DNA of 64,000 bases from an uncultured delta proteobacterium (GTDB lineage Bacteria > Desulfobacterota > Binatia > UBA9968), in contig CAWJBB010000050.1 in assembly GCA_963840855.1 (NCBI GenBank), positions 123,071 to 187,070 of the forward strand, read 5' to 3'. The position numbers and the translations under genes were made by a program. Below the pieces are notes generated by a model, which was not told where the DNA came from, made no database searches, and saw only the letters and a list, made by a program, of their open reading frames with translations. Positions 50,270 to 59,511 of this stretch are shown here, one piece after another; positions within the stretch are counted from its first letter, which is position 1; every line of letters starts with the position of its first letter.

Positions 50270-50701
50270 TCAGAATTTCAGAGCGAAGTCGATGAGCCGC
50301 TTCTTTCCCAAATATACCTTTCCGAGATACAAACCTGGCCCGATTTGGCGAATTTCATCACGAATCCATTTCGCCACAAGCGAGGTTTCGGAATAGTCGA
50401 GAACGATGCACTCCTTGCCGTCGAGCCAGCTGGGCGCCTTGTACACTTTAGCGATGATAGCGTTCAGCCCAAAGCTGGTGATCCGGTTCTTCAGCACGCC
50501 CTTCTTGGCATCGAACACTTTGCCCTGCCACGCAAAGTGATTGATAAAAGAAGCGATGTCATTACTATATTTCGTGCCCGGGGCGACGATCGCGGTACCG
50601 TCGGCTTCACCGTTTGGAATTTTTCCGGAATTGCTTTTTTTGAAAAGCTCGTCGAGATCCGCTTGAGACATTTCCAACAGTTGCGGCACAGTATACGCCA
50701 T
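50270..50701 (-). CDS. Conserved hypothetical protein upstream of the di-heme cytochrome
   Basis: GGGAG RBS; AWQGKVF, SWLDGKECIVLDYS, IRDEIR, YLGKVY. Confidence 0.8.
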   Translation of the reverse strand: MAYTVPQLLEMSQADLDELFKKSNSGKIPNGEADGTAIVAPGTKYSNDIASFINHFAWQGKVFDAKKGVLKNRITSFGLNAIIAKVYKAPSWLDGKECIVLDYSETSLVAKWIRDEIRQIGPGLYLGKVYLGKKRLIDFALKF

Positions 50702-50907
50702 GTTTGACTCCCTTCCTGAAAATTAGCGAGCGCCTCTTACAGATCGCGGTTCGCCGTCGTATTTGCCGGGTTGTCACATATTGTCGATTTATTAGCATCT
50801 AATCGCACGCCGGGGCGTCGGGAGTCAAGAAAATTACACCTCGGCAAAGACAACTATCCGGAACAAATGCTCGCTTCGTGATCGCGGGACATAGCGCACC
50901 ACGCGCG

Positions 50908-51000
50908 CTATTCTTTTTCCCAGAGATCTTCGAAAAGTTTTACGGCGCCGGGAGCAAAGCCGGCGTAGTGATTGTTGAAGAAGGCGTAGGTCTTGACCGC
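50908..51000 (-). pseudogene. Possible remnant of a DUF72-family gene 3' end
   Basis: ...YAFFNNHYAGFAPGAVKLFEDLWEKE* resembles the DUF72 C-terminal NNHYxG-AP motif; no upstream part. Confidence 0.45.
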
Positions 51001-51033
51001 ATAAAGCGCGACTCCTCGGCGTGCAATAACAAA

Positions 51034-51074
51034 CAAAAAGCCGGACACCGCGCACCGCGAAGCCCGGCTTTTTG
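51034..51074. terminator. Intrinsic terminator-like hairpin downstream of the aldehyde dehydrogenase
   Basis: CAAAAAGCCGG-N19-CCGGCTTTTTG perfect 11-bp inverted repeat with A/T tracts. Confidence 0.6.
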
Positions 51075-51118
51075 CTGGCTTATATTGAAACTCTGGTGCG
51101 ATGAAGAGCCGGCGTCGC

Positions 51119-52582
51119 CTACACGTTGACCACAACCACCCCTTTGGGCTCGAGGTAATAATCCAATGCCTCGGGACCATGCTCGCGGCCGACGCCGCTG
51201 GATTTTATGCCGCCGAACGGCAGCTCATCGTAACCGTAATGCAGTGAGTTGACCCAGACGTTGCCGGCCTGGAGCTTGTCAATCGCTTTGTTGGCGTTCA
51301 ATAAATTGCGCGTCCAGATCGACGAGCCGAGGCCGAACTCGGACGCGTTGGCTTTTTCGAGCGCTTCGTCGAGAGTCTTGAACGTATAGACCGGCAGCGC
51401 CGGCCCGAAGACTTCTTCCTTGGTCATGCGGGCGTCGTCGGCCACGTCGCTCATCAACGTCGGAAGATAGAAGAATCCTTTGTCGTAGTCTCCGCCCTTG
51501 GGCCGCTCGCCGCCGAAGAGAGTCTTTGCGCCGCACGCTTTGGCGTCTTCGACTTGTTCTTCGACCTCCTGGCGTTGCGAGCCCGTGTGGATCGGACCCA
51601 TGCGAGTTTCTTTGCTCATGCCGTTACCGACGGTTTTCTTTTTGAGAATTTCCACCAAGCCGCCGATAAAATTGTCGGCGACCGACTCCTGGACAAACAG
51701 CCGCTTTACGCCTAGACACATCTGGCCGCAGTTAAAATAGCGGCCAACGTCGGCCATTTTCACCGCTAGGTCGAGGTTGGCGTCTTCCATAACGATCATC
51801 GGATCGCTGCCGCCGAGTTCCAGAGTGACGCGTTTAATTTCCCGGCCGGCCACTTCCATCACGTGGCGGCCGATGGGAGTGGAACCCGTGAATGCGATAC
51901 GGCGAATGCGCGGGTTACGCAACAGCTCTTCGCCGACGCTCCCGCCGGGTCCGGTAACGATATTCACCGTGCCTTTGGGCAAAGTCTTTTGCGCCTTGCC
52001 TTCGCCAAAGGTAGCTTGGCAGATCAGTTCAATGACCCGGATCGTCGCCAGGGGCGTCGTGCTGGCGGGTTTGATGATAATGGTGTTGCCGGCGGCCAAT
52101 GCCGGACCGAGTTTGGTGCCCATCAGTGTCAGCGGAAAATTCCACGGCACAATGCCGCCGCAAACACCGATGGGCTGGCGCACGACCATGCCGTAGGCAT
52201 TCTTCTGCGGCAGCGGAACGTGGGAGCCGCGCACTTTAGAAGCGAGTCCGGCGTAGAATTCCAAGCCGTGCACGAGGTGATGGATCTCTAAACCGGCTTC
52301 GAACAAAGTCTTCCCTTGCTCCTGGGTCAACAATTGGGCGATCTCGCCGCTATTCTTTTTGATCAACTCGCCGGCATTTAAGAGTGCGTTGCCTCGATCT
52401 TCGGGTGTGACATCCGACCACACTTTAAACGCATCTTCCGCGGCCTGGATTGCTTGTTGAACATCCTTGTCATTCCCCAGAGGCACGGTATCGACCGTCG
52501 CACCGGTCGCAGGGTTGCGCACTTCAGTGGTATTGCCTGTTACGGAGTCGCAGGATTCGCCGCCGATCAACATCTTGGCCAT
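51119..52582 (-). CDS. Aldehyde dehydrogenase
   Basis: PWNFP, FTGSTPIG, LELGG, GQMC, EEVFGP, PFGGIKSSG. Confidence 0.95.
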   Translation of the reverse strand: MAKMLIGGESCDSVTGNTTEVRNPATGATVDTVPLGNDKDVQQAIQAAEDAFKVWSDVTPEDRGNALLNAGELIKKNSGEIAQLLTQEQGKTLFEAGLEIHHLVHGLEFYAGLASKVRGSHVPLPQKNAYGMVVRQPIGVCGGIVPWNFPLTLMGTKLGPALAAGNTIIIKPASTTPLATIRVIELICQATFGEGKAQKTLPKGTVNIVTGPGGSVGEELLRNPRIRRIAFTGSTPIGRHVMEVAGREIKRVTLELGGSDPMIVMEDANLDLAVKMADVGRYFNCGQMCLGVKRLFVQESVADNFIGGLVEILKKKTVGNGMSKETRMGPIHTGSQRQEVEEQVEDAKACGAKTLFGGERPKGGDYDKGFFYLPTLMSDVADDARMTKEEVFGPALPVYTFKTLDEALEKANASEFGLGSSIWTRNLLNANKAIDKLQAGNVWVNSLHYGYDELPFGGIKSSGVGREHGPEALDYYLEPKGVVVVNV

Positions 52583-52622
52583 TAGCTAACCTCCAATAAA
52601 ACTTTGGTGAGTCGAGAGCTAT

Positions 52623-53414
52623 CTATTTTCCCTTGAATTGCGCGGTTCTCTTTTCCAGATAAGCTTTAACGCCTTCTTGCCCGTCGTCGCTGGCGAATGT
52701 TTGAGCCAGCAGTTCGCGTTCAAACGCCAGCCCGTCCGGCAACGATAGCTCGAGCCCGGTTGTGATGGCGCGTTTGACTTTACCTACAGCCAAGCTGCTC
52801 TTGTTGGGCACGATGAATTGGCGCGCGTAGTCCATCACATTCTGCATGAAATTATCTTTTTCGTAGATGTAATGAATGAGGCCCATGTCGAGGGCTTCCT
52901 CAAACGCGATGGTTTTCCCCGTGGTGCAGAGCTCCATGGCGCGCGCCTTGCCGACGAGGCGCGGCAGCCGCTGCGTACCCCCCATGCCGGGCATCACGCC
53001 GAGATTGATCTCCGCTAGACCGACCCGACCGCCTTCTTTCCTGGCGATGCGGATATCGCACGCCATGGCGATTTCCAGACCACCCCCCACCGCGTGGCCA
53101 TTGATCGCCGCGATGACGATCTTCGGCGTGTTTTCCAGCCGCATGAGCACTTCATGGCCGTGCAACGCGAAGTTATTTTTGAACGAGGACGACTTGGTAG
53201 ACAGCATGTTGATGTCGGCGCCGGCGGAGAAGAATTTTTCCATCTTGCCGGTGATGACGATCGCATGGACATCATCGTCGAAACGCGCGTCGAGAACCGC
53301 CGCGTCCAACTCTTTTAAAAGCTCCGTAGTGTAACTGTTCACGGGCGGACGGTTGATTTCCAGCACCACCACTCCGTTATCCGCGCGGTATTCGATCATT
53401 TTCGCGTCAGCCAT
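52623..53414 (-). CDS. Enoyl-CoA hydratase/isomerase
   Basis: FSAGADI, AAINGHAVGGGLEIAMACD, EINLGVMPGMGGTQRL. Confidence 0.93.
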   Translation of the reverse strand: MADAKMIEYRADNGVVVLEINRPPVNSYTTELLKELDAAVLDARFDDDVHAIVITGKMEKFFSAGADINMLSTKSSSFKNNFALHGHEVLMRLENTPKIVIAAINGHAVGGGLEIAMACDIRIARKEGGRVGLAEINLGVMPGMGGTQRLPRLVGKARAMELCTTGKTIAFEEALDMGLIHYIYEKDNFMQNVMDYARQFIVPNKSSLAVGKVKRAITTGLELSLPDGLAFERELLAQTFASDDGQEGVKAYLEKRTAQFKGK

Positions 53415-53497
53415 GTTCGTGCCTCCTAATTTCGCTTCGATAATTTCAATTAACTGGCATCACCGTCCAAGTCAAGGCGGGCACTTTGGACGATGCC

Positions 53498-53575
53498 CGT
53501 TCAACGTTTGCCTCCGGACAGGAGATCGAAACTTTGAACCCGTTCGACGGACTCAGGACAAGCCTTGAACCCGGA
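53498..53575. repeat. GTTCAAN element with inserted REP-like unit (minus orientation)
   Basis: Reverse complement gttcaag-[gcttgtcctgagtccgtcgaacgg]-gttcaaa-gtttcga. Confidence 0.75.
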
Positions 53576-53664
53576 CCTTTGCACTGAATTCTGCCTGCGT
53601 TTAGATTGGCAACGCGGAAAAAGTGTGGCATGTGTTAGCCAATTTCACAAACTAAGGAGGCAAT

Positions 53665-54606
53665 ATGAAAGTAGGACCGAAGCGAGCGCCGATCAGATGG
53701 CCCGACGGCGCGCGGCTCGCGATCACGCCCTGCGTGGCCTTTGAAACCTGGCCGGAGGATCTGGGCGGCCCCAACACTCGGCAACAGCAAAACCGGCGGG
53801 CCTACCCCAAAAATGCGCTCACGAAGAAAGATTTCGGCGCAATTACCGATCGTGAATTTGGCGAACGGGTTGGAATCTATCGGTTTCTTGATATCTTCGA
53901 GAAGGAAAAGATCCAGACGACCTTTTTCCCCACAGGTATCACCGTGCAAAATTTTCCGGAAATCTTCCAGGACGCGGTGGCACAAGGTCATGAAATCGGC
54001 ACCGAGACCTGGATTCACGATTATAGTTATATGAAGAAGCGCGAGCAGGAAAAGAAAGACCTGCAAAAAACCGTCGACATCGTCAAAAAGGTCGCCGGCA
54101 AAGCGCCGGTGGGTTATCTATCCACGGGCATCGCGCCGAGCCACAACACGCCCGAAGTGATCGTCGAATGTGGCTACACTTACTGGATGGACCCGCAGCA
54201 CCAGGAGACCCCCTATACCCTCAAAGTGAAAGGGAAAGAGTTGACCGCGCTGTCGTACTTCGCGGACCTTAATGACTACGCCAGCTATCAGCGCGCCGGG
54301 CGAACGCCGCGCGACCTCTTGCAAATGTGGAAAGACTGCTTCGATTGTCTTTACGAAGAAGGGGCCACGGACCCGAAATTCATGATTTGGGGAAACCACC
54401 CGTTTGTCGGTGGCCGCCCGTTTCGCGCGCATATGCTACGGGAGTTTATTCGCTACGCCAAGAGCCACGGCAAGGTCTGGTTCGCTCCGGCGGGCGAAAT
54501 CGCCAAGTGGTACCGGGAAAACTATCGCGACGCGCAGGTTGAATCATGGCCGAATTTCGCCTTCGCCGGACGGCAAGGGAAAATCACCGACTTGACCAAA
54601 GTTTGA
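53665..54606 (+). CDS. Polysaccharide deacetylase family protein (PuuE-like)
   Basis: RWPDGARLA, FETW, REFGERVGIYR, GHEIG, NHPFVGGRP. Confidence 0.88.
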   Translation: MKVGPKRAPIRWPDGARLAITPCVAFETWPEDLGGPNTRQQQNRRAYPKNALTKKDFGAITDREFGERVGIYRFLDIFEKEKIQTTFFPTGITVQNFPEIFQDAVAQGHEIGTETWIHDYSYMKKREQEKKDLQKTVDIVKKVAGKAPVGYLSTGIAPSHNTPEVIVECGYTYWMDPQHQETPYTLKVKGKELTALSYFADLNDYASYQRAGRTPRDLLQMWKDCFDCLYEEGATDPKFMIWGNHPFVGGRPFRAHMLREFIRYAKSHGKVWFAPAGEIAKWYRENYRDAQVESWPNFAFAGRQGKITDLTKV

Positions 54607-54644
54607 TAGATTCACCGCGACGGCTTGAACGATAGGCGATTCCA

Positions 54645-55811
54645 TTGGCAAACAAAAAGCATCTCAATGAAAAGGTCCTCAGCGGCCTGGAACAGTTGCG
54701 GCAATCGGGAATCCCGTTGGAGGATTCTTCTCCGACCCTTATTCCGCGACTCAGGGAACAGCTGGGTAAGCGGCGCGAGACCGATCTCGCCGTGATATTC
54801 TCCCTCGGAAAAATTCCTGACACAACCGCGGTAGAGGTTCTCAGCGAAATCGAAAGGGGTGCCGCGGATAAGGAACTGCGCAAAGAAGCCCGCCGTTCGC
54901 TCTTCAAGCTCGGACAGCGCGGGGTCGCCATCCCGCAAAAGGAGGATCAAAAATCTACCAGCGCGGCGCTACTTTTCAGCAGCACGCCGTCAATCGAAGC
55001 TTACATGTCGCCGGTGGACGGCGGCGGTGGAATGCTTATCTGGATCGCCAAGCCACAGCCGAATCATGGCTTGCAGGTGATCCAAGCGACGCTCAACGAC
55101 CGCGAGGGCTTGCTGCGCATCGGCGGCGCACAGATTCCGCGCAAGGAATTGCGCAAGATGGCCCAAGACATCAAAGCGAAAAATGGCGCGACGATGATCG
55201 CGATTCCGTGGGAATATGCGGATCACGCGCTGTGCGAAGGGTACGAAACGGCCAAGGCGCGGGGGCAAACCGGCCTGGAAAACTTCCATGAGCTGCGTTC
55301 GATTATCGCGACCGGCAAACCTAAAGAGGCGCCGCATCCGATCTATGACAAACTGGACGCCAACGAGGCCCGCCAGGGCTCGTGGCGCGAAGCATCGCGG
55401 CGGCTTCTAGACGAACCAGAGCTGCGCTACTGGATTCTCATGGATGGTTGGCTGCAAGGATTTTTGCCGCAAATCGAGGAAGCGCAAACCAGCCGCCTGG
55501 TGTTGAATCCGGCACAGAAAGAGGAGCGCTTCGCCGCCATCGTGCGTGACGCCGTCAAAGAACTTTGCCGGGGCGAGAACGGTAAGGCTTTCCGCCGCCG
55601 CATGGAAAACATGGCGCTCTACTTCTTCGAGACGGGCCGGGCCACCCAGGCAAAACTCTCTTTCGCCGTCGCTCTTCAGGTTGGCGACGGCGATCCGGGA
55701 CCCCTCGACGTTTCCTTTCTCACCGGCCTGGTGCAAAAAGGCTTTGCATTCATCTTGGCGCAACAAAACACCAAAAAAGAAGAAGATGCGTCCCTGATTA
55801 TCAAGCCGTGA
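54645..55811 (+). CDS. Conserved hypothetical protein (HEAT-like N-terminus)
   Basis: 388-aa ORF with coding-like composition; KEARRSLFKL motif, ends SLIIKP. Confidence 0.75.
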   Translation: MANKKHLNEKVLSGLEQLRQSGIPLEDSSPTLIPRLREQLGKRRETDLAVIFSLGKIPDTTAVEVLSEIERGAADKELRKEARRSLFKLGQRGVAIPQKEDQKSTSAALLFSSTPSIEAYMSPVDGGGGMLIWIAKPQPNHGLQVIQATLNDREGLLRIGGAQIPRKELRKMAQDIKAKNGATMIAIPWEYADHALCEGYETAKARGQTGLENFHELRSIIATGKPKEAPHPIYDKLDANEARQGSWREASRRLLDEPELRYWILMDGWLQGFLPQIEEAQTSRLVLNPAQKEERFAAIVRDAVKELCRGENGKAFRRRMENMALYFFETGRATQAKLSFAVALQVGDGDPGPLDVSFLTGLVQKGFAFILAQQNTKKEEDASLIIKP

Positions 55812-55815
55812 TTAG

Positions 55816-55912
55816 GTTCAAGGTTCGATGTTCCGCGCTTCCGGCGCTAAGTTCAATGACCAATGTTTAAAGTTCAAAGTCGGGCGGGGCCTTAAATGTT
55901 GAATCTTGAACT
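55816..55912. repeat. GTTCAAN heptamer element (degenerate)
   Basis: ggttcaag-gttcgat-gttcc...gttcaat...gtttaaa-gttcaaa ... ttgaatc-ttgaact between convergent genes. Confidence 0.75.
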
Positions 55913-55921
55913 CAATTTCGA

Positions 55922-57544
55922 TTACGAAATTTCTCGTGGCAGGATTATGCGAAAGGTCGTGCCTTTGCCGAGTTCGCTGGCGACCTCGATGTGGCCGGAC
56001 ATCGCGGCAACTAGACGCTTCACGATATTCAGTCCCAGGCCCGCGGCGGCCTGGTCCTTTGGCGTCGTGTCCGCCTGATAAAACATATCGAAGATCTTCG
56101 GCAACAACTCGCGATTGATGCCGACACCGGTGTCGCGCACACAGAATTCGACCGTGTCGTTGTCCCGCGCGACAAACTCGACGGTCACTTTGCCCCCTGG
56201 CGTGTATTTGCGCGCGTTGTCAAGCAGGTTGCGCAAGACCTCCTTGAGCTTGATCTTGTCGCTCTTGATCGTCGCTCCGGGCCTGAGCAAGCCGATATCC
56301 AATTCGATGCCTTTTTCACGAAGCACCGCTTCAGATTCCGACTTGAGCTCGGCAAAAAGCTCGCTCACAGAGACTTCCGTTACCGTCAAAGGCATTTTAC
56401 CATGTTCGAGACGGGCCATGTCGAGAGCGCTCTTGATCAAGTCGAGCAACTCCATAGAGCTTACCTCGATGACCTTGACGCGTTCCAGTTGATCTGCGTT
56501 GAGTTCGCCGCACAGACCGGCCGACAATAATTCCGCTGATCCCAGGATGATCTGAATCGGGGTTTTAAGCTCATGGGCCATGATACCGACGAGCACGGAT
56601 TTGATTTCCAGGGTTTCTTCCAAGGCATCGTGGGCAGCCTTAAGCCGTTGGTGGACCCGGGAGTTGAGAATGGCCACCGCCGCCTGCCCGGCAAGAGTGC
56701 TCATGAGATCGACGTCGTCGTCGGTGAATCCCTGCCGCTCGCGGGCGTAAAATCCGATCACCCCAAAAGATTCTCCTTCAGCTTTTAGCGGCACCCCGAC
56801 GTAGGCGTTCAAACGGTTGCGCGCCATGAAATCATCCCCGCTCGTCCGAATTTCCGACGCCGGGTCCGCGATCACTATGACTTCGCCTCGGTCCAACACC
56901 AGCTTCGCTCGTACTGCGGTCCGCGTTTTTTTCCAGGCTTCCTCGTCCAGCCCATGGCACGCCAGCGGCTCCAACTCGCCGGTTTCGTCATTTAAGAGGC
57001 GCACTGAAATCGCGATACCGGGCAAAAGCTCAGCGACCTTTTCCAGAAAAATCTCCAGAACCGCGTGTAGTTCGAGCGTCGAAGTGATCGCCACGTTGAC
57101 ATCGCGCAGCGCCGCCTGCCGTGCGCGCTGCATTTTGAGCTGCACTTCGATGCGCTTGCGCTCGATGGCGTAGAGAATCGCGCGGATCACCGCGCGGCTA
57201 TCCGCCTGCCCTTTAACGAGATAATCTTGGGCGCCCCGGCGCAGGGCCTCCACCGCCATCGACTCATCGTTCAGACCCGTCATGATGACGATAGGCAAAT
57301 CGGGCGCCGCCTCGCGCACGCGCGCCAGAGTGTCGAGGCCTTGGGCGTCCGGCAGCGTAAGATCAAGCAGGACCAGATCGAAGGGCTTTTCTTTTAGTGA
57401 TTGAAGTGCATCATGGAGGCGAATAACTTGTTCCGCTTTGAAGGAATGGTCCGCGCCGGATTCCGCGCGAAGCGCAAACCGCACGAGGCCGGCATCGCCC
57501 TGGTTGTCTTCCACTACGAGTACTCTGGTCTCGCGTGCTTCCAT
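55922..57544 (-). CDS. Hybrid receiver-GAF-histidine kinase
   Basis: VLVVEDN/LLDLTLPD/YLVK receiver, GAF, MAHELKTP, NLLDNARKYT, DTGVGI, GLGL. Confidence 0.92.
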   Translation of the reverse strand: MEARETRVLVVEDNQGDAGLVRFALRAESGADHSFKAEQVIRLHDALQSLKEKPFDLVLLDLTLPDAQGLDTLARVREAAPDLPIVIMTGLNDESMAVEALRRGAQDYLVKGQADSRAVIRAILYAIERKRIEVQLKMQRARQAALRDVNVAITSTLELHAVLEIFLEKVAELLPGIAISVRLLNDETGELEPLACHGLDEEAWKKTRTAVRAKLVLDRGEVIVIADPASEIRTSGDDFMARNRLNAYVGVPLKAEGESFGVIGFYARERQGFTDDDVDLMSTLAGQAAVAILNSRVHQRLKAAHDALEETLEIKSVLVGIMAHELKTPIQIILGSAELLSAGLCGELNADQLERVKVIEVSSMELLDLIKSALDMARLEHGKMPLTVTEVSVSELFAELKSESEAVLREKGIELDIGLLRPGATIKSDKIKLKEVLRNLLDNARKYTPGGKVTVEFVARDNDTVEFCVRDTGVGINRELLPKIFDMFYQADTTPKDQAAAGLGLNIVKRLVAAMSGHIEVASELGKGTTFRIILPREIS

Positions 57545-57717
57545 AAAATTCCCGTTGTCGATGCTTCGGACCAGGCTCCAACCGCATGCATTCAGCAAAC
57601 ACTGTAGCTGGCCGGTCGACTTCCTCTATATCACTCCTCTCATGGATTCAAACAGCCTCGCATTCACCACTGTAAACTCCGTCACCGTTACCATCGTTTA
57701 CATAGCCACCGCCCGGC

Positions 57718-58176
57718 TCAGGTGGCCGCCAGCGGGAGTTTTGCCAATTGGAGCCAAAACTTCCCAATCGCGCCAATGGTCTCAAACAGCCTCTGTAAAT
57801 CAACGGGCTTGGTAACATAACAGTTTGCAAGCAATTCGTATGCCTCGGCGATGTCTAACGGCGCAGTGGATGTGCTCAGAACGACCACTGGGATGGCTTT
57901 GAGCGCGGGGTCGCACTTGATCTCGGCGAGGACCTCCCGTCCTCCTTTTCTGGGAAGGTTGAGATCAAGCAGGATGAGATCCGGGCGTTGCGCGCCGGTA
58001 AACCGCGCCTCGTGGCGCAAGAACTCCATTGCCTGAGACCCATCCGGCGCGACGTAAACTTCAAGGGCTATGCCCAATTCCCGGAGCGCCTCTGCAACGA
58101 GCCGCACGTCACCGGCGTTGTCTTCAACATGGAGCACGCGCAACGCGCGAGCTTCCTCACCGCTGTGCGCCGTCAT
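57718..58176 (-). CDS. Single-domain response regulator (Rcp1-like)
   Basis: VEDNAGDV, PDLILLDLNLPRKGG, IPVVVLSTS, ANCYVTKP. Confidence 0.92.
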   Translation of the reverse strand: MTAHSGEEARALRVLHVEDNAGDVRLVAEALRELGIALEVYVAPDGSQAMEFLRHEARFTGAQRPDLILLDLNLPRKGGREVLAEIKCDPALKAIPVVVLSTSTAPLDIAEAYELLANCYVTKPVDLQRLFETIGAIGKFWLQLAKLPLAAT

Positions 58177-58241
58177 CGTTTATCCCTCCCTCTGCTCTAT
58201 CCGGCACCATCGACGGGAATCAATTCGGAGCTCGGCGAATC

Positions 58242-59502
58242 TCAATGCTGCCCCGCGATGACCCTTTCCCAGAACGCGTCGTTGACCAATACTTGATTGA
58301 GAAATGCCTGTTCCTCTTCGGCGGGTGAGTCCAGTTTGGGCTGCATAGGGAAGGTCAGGGTGAACGTGACGCCTTGACCTTCTTCGCTACGGACGTCGAC
58401 TTTCCCCCCATGATGGTAGACAATGAAGTAGCAAGCCATGAGATTGATACCGAACTCCTGGTATTTGTCCATGCGCACGAAAAACGGATCGAAGACTGCG
58501 CGAAGCGCGTCGCCGGGTAACCCGGGACCGTTGTCCTTGACTTCGATTTCCACAACATCTTCTTCTCCGGAACGATGATGCGCGCTTAGAACGATATGAT
58601 CTCCGGACGCCAAGCTGATGATCTCGCCCTTCAGTAGCAGTTCCAAAAGCCGTTGAAACCTGTCGCCCTCCACCATGATCGGCGGAAGTCCAGACGGGAT
58701 CTGGTTCACGACGGTGATGCCATTTTGCGCTAGCCTGCCGTTTAGTTTTTCCAAGGTTCTCCCCACCGCTTCTTTTAGGTCCACCGGATCGAGTCGAGAG
58801 GGATGGGTCATATCGGTCCCGCTGACGAGGTCGCTCAATAGATCCGTAATGCGCCGGAGTTGGGTCTGGCCCTGCGCGTAAAACTCCTTCCAATAATTCG
58901 GGTTTCGAAGCTCCTCCACATTGACTTTTTCCTCCAGGAGCCTGTCCGGCACGAGATCCAAAAAGGCACGCACCGCAACCAAGGAATTACGCACATAGTG
59001 ACCCAGCCGGGCTGCCACAATCCCTAAACTCAGCACCCGATCCGTGATCATCATCCTGTGCAGCGCCGATAGCTTTTCTCTCAGAAGAAAATCGCGCTCC
59101 CGCTGCACCATAAAGAACTCCAGGGCGCGTTTAAGAGTGGTTTCGAGATCGGGCACCTCCCAGGGCTTGGTTATATACTTGTAGATGGCTCCTGAGTTGA
59201 CCGCGTCAATCGCGACTTCGACGATCGGAGTACGCCGTCGTCAAAATACGAATCGCTCGCGGATGCAGTTGGCGGGCGCGCCCCAGAAATTGGACCCCCT
59301 GTTCGCCCGGCATACGCTGGTCGGTCATGATCAGGGCGATTTTATCGCAATGCTTTTCTAAGACCTGGTAGCCTTCCTTGGCATTGGCAGCGGTAAAAAT
59401 CTGGAACTGGTTCTGGAACGCTCGCGTGAAATATTTGAGTGCCATTTCCTCATCATCCACGTAGAGCACCGCGAACTTCTGATAATCGTAGAGGTTTTCC
59501 AT
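58242..59502 (-). CDS. Receiver + histidine-kinase-like protein (PhcR/PhcQ-like), frameshift near 59215
   Basis: VLYVDDEEMALKYF...TDQRMPG...TTAYSD then ...GAIYKYITKPWEVPDLE..., GHYVRNSL, DNGPG, HHGG. Confidence 0.82.
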
Positions 59503-59511
59503 AAGCTCTCC

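Noticed and set aside
5970-55912. GTTCAA/TTGAAC repeats as a CRISPR array
   Set aside because: They resemble CRISPR repeat ends (GTT...GAAC) but are 7- or 9-nt tandem units in inverted arms, with no repeat-spacer periodicity and no cas genes
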